A DNA stretch of 60,542 nucleotides, filler included, from Jimgerdemannia flammicorona (Eukaryota): assembly GCA_003990765.1 (NCBI GenBank). It is 3 parts of 3 records of this genome, joined end to end, with 100 filler letters (N's around TTAATTAATTAA, not from the genome) between each part and the next. Parts side by side here need not be neighbours in the genome. Positions count along the whole stretch, not along the records: positions 40,432 to 60,542 come from RBNJ01001758.1; 2 more parts are not named here. One strand, given 5' to 3'. Made by a program: the position numbers and the translations under genes. The notes beneath the pieces were generated by a model. That model was not told where the DNA came from, did no database searches, and saw nothing but the letters and a program-made list of their open reading frames with translations. Positions 51,424-60,542 of this stretch are shown here, in pieces. Position 1 is the first letter of the stretch. The number at the start of each line of letters is the position of its first letter.

Positions 51424-54400
51424 TCTCTTTCTCCTTAAGAACCAATGTCCTCATTGAGTTTTTAGGTAGCATAAGACTAAATATACTTAACCAAAATTTC
51501 CCAAACTTATATTAGTATATTTATAAGGACTGGTCATCCTTCTATAGGGCAGAGGGTCTATTATTAGACTAACTAACTAAGAGAGATTTAAACTCAGCTA
51601 GTAGCTTCATTTCAGTAGACTTCTTATTCACTAGATGTTCTACTAGTTCTGGGGTCCTAAAGTAAACTTCTAATATATAAGACACTAGTTATTGCCATAG
51701 ATCATTAATAATTCAAGGAAGTCACTATAGGGATTAGATAATATATTTTGTCTCAAAGTCTTGAACTAGATCTTGAGAGTTCTTGGGATTGATCAGTGGT
51801 TCCCAGGTAGTATCATATTCAGGATAGTCTGTTCACTTGACTAAGTATTCCAGATAACAGTAGCAGATTTATTTTTCAAGGATTTTCTTGATCTTGTACT
51901 CAATATGATCTTCAATAATCATAAAAACAGATGGCTTGGAAATTCAACCAGAGTAGGGTGGTGACTGGTTCTAGGTCTTGAGGTAAGATATATAAAAAAC
52001 TGAGTATACCCTTATAGTTTCAGATAATAGGAAGATACAGAGACTTGTTCAGTAATCTCAAAGAGTCTAATATACTTAAATTAGAACTTATTTGACATAT
52101 AGTTGACTTGAGATTATATTTTGAAGTTCTTGGTAAACAGTAGGACTTAATCTCTAATAGTGTAGATAATATTATGGTATTTCTTATTAGCATACTTGGC
52201 TTGATGCTATTGGGTTTCCTAAAGATTCATGGTAGCAATCTTGAGTAGTTTGCTCATTTTGTCTATAAGGTTCTTAGTAGTAGAGACTTATATTTAACTC
52301 TTTTCTTGAAAGAGACTAGACTTATAGAGATCTCAGGATCTTGACTATAGAGTAGCCAAAAGGGGGGAAGACCAGTAGATAATTGAATAGTATTATTATA
52401 TACAAATTCTGCATATGTCAAGTAATGATCTCATTTATCTTACTTATAAGAAATATAGTTTCTGAGTATTTGTTCTAGAGTTCTATTCATGCACTTTGTT
52501 TGTCCATCAGTTTGTAGGTAGAAGGCGGTAAATATAGCCAATTGAATTCTCAGGGTCTTGAAGAGAGTTTGCCAAAAGTGACTAGTGAACTTGGGGTCAT
52601 GATTACTGACAATTACTCACAGTAGACCATAGTGACAGAAGATGGACTTGAAGAAGATTCTTGCAATCTTGAGTGCAGTAGCATTGGTAGTAGTTGGTTT
52701 GATAACTATGGTTTTGGTCAGATGGTCAATAAATATAATAATAGTATCAGCTTCAGATTGAGTTTATAAGAGTTGAGTTACAAAGTCCATTATAACTTAT
52801 TCAAATTTCTTGGTCAGAATTAATAGTGATTGTAGCAAACTAGTTGATGCTTGGTTAGTAGGCTTGTTCTGTAGCTAGTAATATAGTTCTTAATTTTCTT
52901 AACCATACTTGACCAATAGTAGTAATACTAGATGTTCTTGACTATTTTCTCAATTCCAAGGTAACTAGAAAAAGGAGAGTTATAGTGTTCTTACAGAATC
53001 TTATAGTAGAGATTTATGTTATCAGGTAGGTAGACTTTGTCTTAATAGTAGATCAGGTTGTTCTTAATGATATATGTATCCTTGAGCTCATTTGAGAAAA
53101 CTCTAGTAATAATAGTATCTTCTTCATAAGCTTGTCTAATTTGGTCTAGAAATTCAGATACAAAGGTGACTTGTATAATTGTAATAAGATCTGGATATCT
53201 AGACAAGATATCTGTTACTATAAGTACATATCTTTAAATGATTATCGAATTGAAGGTTTGAAGCTTTAGGCTCCACTTGGCTTATAGATATAATAGAGTA
53301 GGTTGGATATTGATGTTCTTGAATGCTTGATGGTCAGTAATGATATCAAACTCAATACCTTCTAGATAGCAGCACTAGTGGTCTAGTGTATATATTATTG
53401 CCAGTAGCTCTTTCTTATAAGTGGCTAGCTTTTGTTTAGCTAGGGTCAACTTGTGAGACTTGAAGGCAATAGGGCAATGTCCTTTGCCATCATCTTGTAA
53501 CAGAACTACTCTAATGGTAAAATTTGATACATTAGTAATAATGGTGAATTTTAGACTTAGATCTATATTATATAGGACTAGAGTATAGGTCAGGCAGTTC
53601 TTGAGTTCTTAAAAGGCTTATTGACAGAAGAGGTCTCAGGTATAGGATACATAGTGTTCAGAGTGAATGCCAGAGAAGTTTCTGACAAAGCAATGATAGT
53701 AACCAGCTAGACCAAGAAAGGACTTGAGTTCTGTGAGATTTGATGAAATAGACTATTTCTGAATTACCTCTATCTTGTACAGATTTACTTGAATTTCTTA
53801 TGCAGAGACAATATGGCCAAAATATTTAACTTATTCTTCAAAGAATTCACACTCTTGAGCTTTGAATAAAGCTGGTGTTTTCACAAGATTTCCTGAACTA
53901 CTCAAATATACTTAAGGTATTCTTCTTTAGGTATACTAAAGATCTAGATATCATCATGATATACTAATAAGAAGATGAATAGTTAGTTCTTGAATATCTT
54001 ATTCATGAGGGTCTGAAAAGTGGCAGGTGCATTGATAAGACCAAATACTAGGACTAGAAATTTGTAGGGTCCAAAGGAGATTATAAATATGTATAGTCTT
54101 GGGGATATCTTCTTACTTAATTTGGATTTGATAGTATTCTGACATAAGGTCCAACTTAGTGAAGTACTTGGTATTCTTAAGAGTATCAAAAATTTGATCA
54201 ATCATGAGTAGTAGATATTGATTCTTAACTATAAGATTAATGAGTATACAGTAGTCTATGTATATTTATAAAGTACTATTTTTCTTTTTGATAAATAGGA
54301 CTGGTGAGTCATAAGGAGATTTATTTGGTTTAATGACTTCTCATATAAGTAGTTCTTCTAGTTCTTTCTTAACTGTCTCAATTTTGAGAGGTAATATATA

Positions 54401-55064
54401 GTATATATGTTTCTTGGGTGGTATAGCTTCTGGAGTCAGTTTGATTTCATAATCAACTTCTCATATAAGTGGTAGATCAGATAGCTTGTCTGTAGTGATA
54501 TCCTTGAATTCTTCAAGTAATAACTTGATACTTTTATTAATTGATAGCTTCTTGTCTTGTTTTTTAGAATAGACTATTATAACAAAGACATATACTGTCT
54601 TCTTGAGTACTTTCATATACTGTATTACTGATAGTATTATAACTGGGGTCTTGATCACACACTTGTCTGTCTTGATAGTGATATTGACTCTTTCTTGAAG
54701 TAGGGTAACTTCATTCTTATACCAATCAATATTCAGATTGTATTTTATGAGCCAGAGTTTTTCTAAGATCAAATCATGATCTCCTAGTAGTACAATTTCA
54801 AAGTCTACTTATTTCTAATATTTCTGGATCTTGATGGATAGTTTGGCAACAATTGACTCAATAGGATATAGTATGCCATCTGTGGTAACTACACTATCAT
54901 TCTTGAGTACAGACTTAGTGAGAATCTTGAGGTTTTTAATAAGGTTCTGGTTGATGAAGTTTCCTGCAGCTCTACTGTCTGTGAGTACTTAAACTTCTTT
55001 TCATTTAACTAAACCTTTGAAAATAAGTATAGCTTGAGCTCAATTTTCAGTAAGACTTACTGCT

Positions 55065-55450
55065 TGATCAGTACTACTAAAATCTTTTTAGTCTTACTTA
55101 GTTTTGGATAGTTTTTGAACTTCTGTAATCTTGAGTTAATGGGCTTTTTCTAGGATTATTTGTGCAACTTGGTCTCCTTCTCTAACTGTATAGTCTTGAT
55201 CCTTCTGATTGATAAGTAAGACTTAAACTTGTCCTCGATAGTCTGAATCAATGATACCAGCACTAATATCTAAATGATGTTTGATACTGAGTCCTGATTA
55301 TAGTACAATTCTGATATAATGTCCTTCAGGACATTGGGCTGCAATTCTAGTAAGTACTAGAGTTCAGTCTTTGGCTAAAATAATAACTTGTTTGACAGAG
55401 TGTAGGTTAAGACCAATAGTTCCTTCTGATTGACATTGAGAGATCTAGGT
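55065..55450 (-). pseudogene. dUTPase domain within the Gypsy polyprotein
   Basis: SEGTIGLNLHS ... RIVL*SGLS ... AGIIDSDYRGQV ... GDQVAQII ... DFSST correspond to decayed trimeric dUTPase motifs I-V. Confidence 0.9.
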
Positions 55451-56535
55451 CTTCAGATGAAACTTCTTAATCTTGAGTTCAGATTGACTAATAGTGGAGT
55501 TGGCAGGTATGTCTTTGGATGATATGGTGACTGGTCTTGAAGGTTTGCTGGTCTTCTTAGAATATTTGGTTACAATGTTTCCTGTTTGGCAACAGAAGTA
55601 ATAAGCTTCAGATTTCTTCAAGTGGTCTTTCTCTTTTAGAGTAAGCTTGTTATTCTTCTTCATAGCATCTAGATCTATTAGTACTGAGCCAAATACTTTG
55701 AGTGGGTTCTTGTGACAGTTCTCAAAGTAGTTCTTCTTATATATTTTAGTTCAAAGTAGTTACCAAAGATGATTATATCTAATCTATCAGTAATCCTCAT
55801 AGTCTCATTGAGAGTTTGTAGCTCTTCTAGCTTAACCTTAACTTATGTATTTTCTTTCAGATCTTGGATATAGTGGTCTATCTTTTTATCTTTAGATATT
55901 ACTAGTAGTTTGAGTAGAATTGACAAGAATTATACATTGTAACTTTGTACAGATTTGAGTTACTTGATATTCACTAGCTTATCTTGGGCTAGCTTAGTAG
56001 TATTAGTAGACTTGAACTACTGGTAGAGGGTCTCCTTGAAATATTTCTAGTTCTGAATTCTTATTTTTGAGTATATAGTAGTTATAATATGATTGTACTA
56101 CCAGATGGCTGCATTTCCTCAGAGAAGTATAATAGCAAATTAGACTTATATATCTTTTTTCATTTTTGTAAGCTCAAAGTATTGATCCAATTAGAAGATC
56201 CATATATCTGTAGTTAGTTCTTCTTGATGACCATCAAAGATATCTAGCTTAAGTAGCTTAAAACTAACTAGTATAGTAGCAGGATGTGATACAGCTGTAG
56301 TCTTAGTCTTCTGATATTCTAGTTGTGTATGAAGTTGTCAGATTTGATAGACTATAGTAGTAATTATATCCTCTAGATTGAATTGTAGTTTGATACCATC
56401 CGCTTCTTCTATAGCAGAGTAGGCAAGTTCTCTAGCACAGCTCATTTTGGACTTATGTGACTAGTTGTAACTAGTTTCTGAATTCATGTGAGGTTTCTTA
56501 ATAAAATTAGGTATAACAATACTGCTGCTACTAAG

Positions 56536-57001
56536 TGCAATAGTTCTAGTTTCTTTAAGAGGAAGTAGCTAAGACTAGTAATTCTGATGAATCCAAAATA
56601 GCTTAAAGAGATACTTATAGATTCAAGTATTCCTAAAGAAATTCTGAAAGAAAATATTCTGAGCTTTATTCAAGTAGAGAATAAGGATATTTATACCAAA
56701 TCTGAAAGAAATATCTGAAAGGATCTCAGAAAAGAAGAGAAAAGCCAAGAAATAAGTTCTCAGCAAAGATGACTAATAATATTCTACACTGTTCCAAAAG
56801 GTTCTATAACTAGCCAAGACTTGAGACTTGGTGCCAAGTAAAGATCAGAATGTTCTAGTGAAGTTTTGATACCAAGAGAAGATTTCTAGATATTTAGAAG
56901 ATACTGAAATATAGTAGAATATATAAGAAAAGATAAGAAAAAACTAGCAAAAAGATGCAAAAAAAATACTAAGACTAAAATATAACTATAAAATTAATAC
57001 A
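56536..57001 (-). repeat. 5' LTR of the chromovirus
   Basis: Direct repeat of 50970-51423; adjacent PBS-like site. Confidence 0.93.
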
Positions 57002-57248
57002 GCTAGATGGTACTAAGTTAGAGATAGCAGAGTTGCAAAGAGTATTGAGAGAGGAGAAGAAATCTTATATAAAAGAAATGATAGCTTAGCTGAGATAACA
57101 GGAGCTTGAAGAGAGTGAGATAATGGTGGAATGGTATACTCAATATAGAGAGCTCACTAGTATATGAAATATAGTAGATCTTGAGTTCTCTGAAGAGGCA
57201 GTGGGGAGATCTGTAGAGTGAGGAGGAGAGTAGTGCTGATATGTATAT

Positions 57249-58789
57249 TGTAATGGTGACCCCAGAATGATGACATCAGCACAGGAGACAGCCTTTCTTT
57301 ACAAGCCACCAGATCGAAGTACAAGAAGATCATATGGCATATGAGATGAGCAATGATGACCAACTGTGAGTCATTGTGACCACAGCACAAGCATCCTGAA
57401 GAATATAAAAGAAGGATCAAGGAACCGCATTAGCAGCAACCAACAAGAACCACCAATCCCAAAATAGCTCAAAGACTTACCACAAACAAAATGCCTGCTG
57501 CCTGCCAAACCTCAAGGTCAAGGAATCATCAAGGTATCTTAGTCAAGGAAAGGATGTTCCAAGACATCAGAAGAGCCACGAGGACCTGCTCAAGAAGGAC
57601 TCCTAGTGTCAACCTGAGTACTGCAGACCCCTATCACTTCATTCTCTACCACCACAAAATGGAAACAAGGATCACCATTGCCACCGAATGCCTCCAAATG
57701 TGGCAGGAATATGAAATAGGAAACCTCCTCTGCCGGGAGTTCCCACAGGCCAGCCCTCAAGAGCTACAAGATGCCACTCCCATGGACCTACATGAGGCAA
57801 GAACAGCAAAGAAGATCCATCAGATCTTCAGACATGCACCATGGTCGATCTCCAACTTGGAGTATGTTAGAGTCTCAGACTTCAGAGACCTGTCATCCTG
57901 CCATATCAATGTACTAGAAGCCAGGGTAGCCACAGAAGCCCAATCCACCATCACCCTCAACAGTGAAGAAGTAGAAGACTTCTGGCACCCTATCCTTCAG
58001 GACAACCCAGACCAATTCCTGCAAGGATTGATCTCAGTATTCCAAGGCCCAAGCATCTGGGTTAGATCTCCCCAAGACCCCACATTTGTCTCCTATTTTG
58101 TGGAAGAGAACCTCATAGACTGGAGAGCTCCAGATCTTGTCCCTGATTTCTCCGCCAAACGTGATGATGTCATCGGCGATGACGTCATCCTGTATGACAT
58201 ACCCAAAGCATGCGAAGAATACAAAACATGTGACAATGAAGTACATGAGACACGTGGCCTGCATGATGAATTCGCAGACCTCATCTCCTTCAGTGATGAT
58301 GATGATGAAGCTCTCATGGTCCTGAACTTTCTGCTCTAAGTTCTTTGTTACACTGGATAATGCCAGCACCGGTATTCTCATATAACACTGGATAATGCCA
58401 GTACCGGTATTCTGAGGTGATGCGAAATTGTTCCAGCACCGGCATTTTGATGTGATACTGGATAATGCCAGCCCTGGACCTTAGTAGTTTTAGTTATTGG
58501 AATTTATATTTAGCTTTATATCTTAGCAACCATTGAATTATATTTTGTATAAATACCTCTCTTATTTCCTCTGAAATAAAGTCAGTCAAGTTCCGGTTTC
58601 ACTTATACACACTTCCTTGCAAGCAATCTAAGAGATAACAAGACAGTTAAAGATAAGAAGTTTGAGGACTATAAGACCTTGGGAAGGCACTCCAATAAGA
58701 ACTTGCTTATAACAACTTGAGTTAGTCTAAGAGATACACCTTGAAGAGAATCTGGCATATTTGAAGAACTCAGCGACTACTACGTGACA
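57249..58789 (+). mobile_element. 1541-bp solo-LTR-like unit carrying an intact ORF
   Basis: Ends TGTAAT...GTGACA with ATAT on both flanks, interrupting LINE F. TATAAAA at 57404, ORF, about 33-bp tandem repeats (58347-58475), TATAAATA at 58548, AATAAA at 58575. Confidence 0.8.
57491..58339 (+). CDS. Hypothetical 282-aa protein encoded within the LTR-like unit; acidic C-terminus
   Basis: Uninterrupted ATG-to-TAA ORF in an acaaacaaaATG context with CpGs partly retained. Disrupted paralog at 39026-39882. Confidence 0.75.
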   Translation: MPAACQTSRSRNHQGILVKERMFQDIRRATRTCSRRTPSVNLSTADPYHFILYHHKMETRITIATECLQMWQEYEIGNLLCREFPQASPQELQDATPMDLHEARTAKKIHQIFRHAPWSISNLEYVRVSDFRDLSSCHINVLEARVATEAQSTITLNSEEVEDFWHPILQDNPDQFLQGLISVFQGPSIWVRSPQDPTFVSYFVEENLIDWRAPDLVPDFSAKRDDVIGDDVILYDIPKACEEYKTCDNEVHETRGLHDEFADLISFSDDDDEALMVLNFLL

Positions 58790-59619
58790 ATATATAGTAG
58801 CTATTGAGCATACTCTGGAGAATTGACACTCTCTATATGTGGATGGTCTTAGTGATCTAGTTGTGCTGGTCCAGAAGGAGGAGATCAAGTAGATTCTTAC
58901 TAATACAAAGGTGGGTATCATGTTAGATGAGAATGGTCTGCTCTGAGACTTTTGGAAAAAAATAGTATTAGTCTTAAGGATATTGGAGGAGATAGCAGTA
59001 TTGTGTAATTTTGTACTCATATCTGGAAAGTGGGTCAGAGAGAAGGATCTTAGCCTAATTATACTACTGTTTAAAGACAAAGACAGACAAGAGGATTGGA
59101 AAAACTAGTGATCAGTTATACTTCTAAATATAGACAGAAATATGGTTATGAAAGTGATTGTTATATAACTACATATAAAGATGACCCAATAGTTGCTAAG
59201 TGAGGAATAGTGGGGCTTTATTAGAAGTTATCTTATAAGAGATAAGGCAGCTTAAGTACACTGTATTATTGAAAGAGTAAGAGCTAGTAAGTTTAATAGA
59301 AGATTAGACTTTTTGGACCAGAAGAAGGCCTATAATTATATATAGAGTGTTTGGCTAGAGAAGATATTAGACAGGATTGATATCTCTCAGCAATTCTAGG
59401 TATTAATGATTAGTCTATTGGAGAGTAGCAGGGCAGTACTTATATGTAATAGTCACTATAGTATTACATATATTCTTACTAGAGAGATAAGTTCCTCAGA
59501 GAGACCCATTGTCTCTCATTCTATATACTCTATTATTAGAACCTTTAATAGATAGGATTTACTGTAAGATAGTAGAGCTCTCAATTTATAAAATTGTTTA
59601 GAAAATTAGAGCCTTTGCT

Positions 59620-59730
59620 TTAATCATAAAGGTATAGTGGAAGGTCTTCCTAGAGTAATTGGATAGTGGGTTGGAGCACTGTAATTATATCTTGATAGAC
59701 TGAATGGGTAATAAATGACAGAGTCTAAGT

Positions 59731-59770
<40 letters not shown>
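59620..59770 (+). mobile_element. 5'-truncated LINE 3' stub with poly(A) and TSD
   Basis: AATAAA near 59710, poly(A) 59737-59770. TSD aattagagcctttgct (59604-59619) / agttagagtctttgct (59772-59787). Confidence 0.88.
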
Positions 59771-59773
<3 letters not shown>

Positions 59774-59855
59774 TTAGAGTCTTTGCTAATAATATAATAG
59801 TGGTCCTTGGCTCAGTTACTGATATTAGAGCATTGTGAGAGACTATGGAATAATA

Positions 59856-60542
59856 CCTTTTGAAAGTGGAAGTCCTGATGCTTCAAAGATAGAATCACAA
59901 TATATCAACATGGCTTCTTACAAGATCACTAAGCCTGCAAGCACCACCCTGGCCAACAAGATCAAACTCACTATTGCCCAGGCCCTTCTCGACCTGGAAA
60001 ACAACATCCTTGAGCTGAAGAAGGAGTTGAGGCCTTTGTAGTTCTCCACTGCTAAGGAGATTGAACTTGGTGGTAGTAAGAAGACTATTGTTATCTTCAT
60101 TCCTATTCCCCTACTGAAGGCATTCCACAAGATCCAGCAAAGGCTCACCCATGAATTGGAAAAGAAGTTCTCTGACTGCCATTTCATCTTCATTGCCCAG
60201 TGCTGCATTATGTGTAAACCCACCTGCCACACCCACCAAAAGCAGTCTCACCTGTATTCGTACACTCTGACCACTGTCTATGAGAAGATACTGGAGGACT
60301 TGGTCTACCCCACTGAGATCATTGGCCAGAGGACCCATGTTAAGGTTGATGGTAGCAAGATTGTCAAAGTATTTCTTGATAACAAGAATACCACTTCTAT
60401 TGAATATAAGCTAGACATCTTCTTGTCTGTCTACAAGAAGATCATGGGCAAGGATATCGTGTTTGAGTTCCCCCCAACTCTGAGTTGCTATAAATGTTGT
60501 GTCTACCACTAAAAGAGATGTCAAACAATAAATGCTTATCTT
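59856..60542 (+). pseudogene. RPS7: Processed pseudogene of 40S ribosomal protein S7 (eS7)
   Basis: ATG 59910 to stop 60512, intronless: IAQALLDLENN...ELKKELRPL*FSTAKEIELGGSKK...ELEKKFSD...ILEDLVYPTEIIG...EYKLD...YKKIMGKDIVFEFP. In-frame TAG at 60039, many Arg to Cys/His changes, AATAAA near 60527. Confidence 0.96.

Larger units (their letters stand above)
50970..57001 (-). mobile_element. Complete Ty3/Gypsy chromovirus-type LTR retrotransposon (gag-dUTPase-PR-RT-RH-IN-chromodomain), degenerate
   Basis: LTRs 56536-57001 and 50970-51423, TSD actag/gctag, PBS-like cttagtagcagcagt, PPT cttaaggagaaagaga. Motifs VLTDSRAAGNF (PR), [11 protein letters not shown] and YHDDI (RT), KKELLAI (RH), MDFVTQL and QTDGQTK.MNRTLEQ (IN), EYLVK*TDYPEYDTTWEP (chromodomain). 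Confidence 0.95.
48075..59855 (+). mobile_element. LINE copy F acting as host of nested insertions (segments 48075-48927, 49478-50969, 57002-57248, 58790-59619, 59771-59855)
   Basis: ORF1 and ORF2 motifs continue in the correct order across each insertion, and each insertion is flanked by a (degenerate) TSD. Confidence 0.85.

Noticed and set aside
58034..58381. Antisense ORFs within the LTR-borne gene
   Set aside because: They overlap the longer + strand ORF, which has the promoter-like context; no independent support.
58347..58475. Repeat-spacer array next to an unknown ORF
   Set aside because: Units are adjacent imperfect tandem copies with no distinct spacers; better explained as U3 enhancer-like repeats.
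59620..59770. Internal deletion joining LINE F RT to its own tail
   Set aside because: A 16-bp TSD flanks the piece and RT sequence resumes after the poly(A), so it is a separate insertion.
59835..60512. Functional RPS7 gene
   Set aside because: In-frame TAG at 60039, loss of conserved Arg residues through CpG decay, and insertion within a LINE.

Overview
Eukaryotic, most likely early-diverging fungal (Mucoromycota-like; inferred from the RPS7 retrocopy, intron style and F-box family) repeat-rich DNA. The window is three separate contigs (1-20116, 20217-40331, 40432-60542; 20116, 20115 and 20111 bp) joined by artificial 100-nt N44-TTAATTAATTAA-N44 linkers, so adjacency across the linkers is probably not biological. 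Almost everything is decayed, nested transposable elements: several L1/Tx1-like LINEs of one family (one full-length with a TSD), two Ngaro/DIRS tyrosine-recombinase retroelement remnants, a complete hAT with TIRs and 8-bp TSD, a related MITE, a complete dUTPase- and chromodomain-bearing Ty3/Gypsy element, and other Gypsy fragments. CpG is nearly erased in the repeats but retained in one island (about 19050-23000) holding an HSP20-like gene candidate and an F-box/LRR pseudogene. An intronless RPS7 retrocopy closes the window. The most striking item is a 1.54-kb TG...CA solo-LTR-like unit (57249-58789) carrying an intact 282-aa ORF of unknown function inside its U3-like part. It has a disrupted second copy (38785-40331) and a divergent third relative (about 16650-17470), suggesting a family of LTR-encoded accessory genes. 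All calls are by eye, without database searches.
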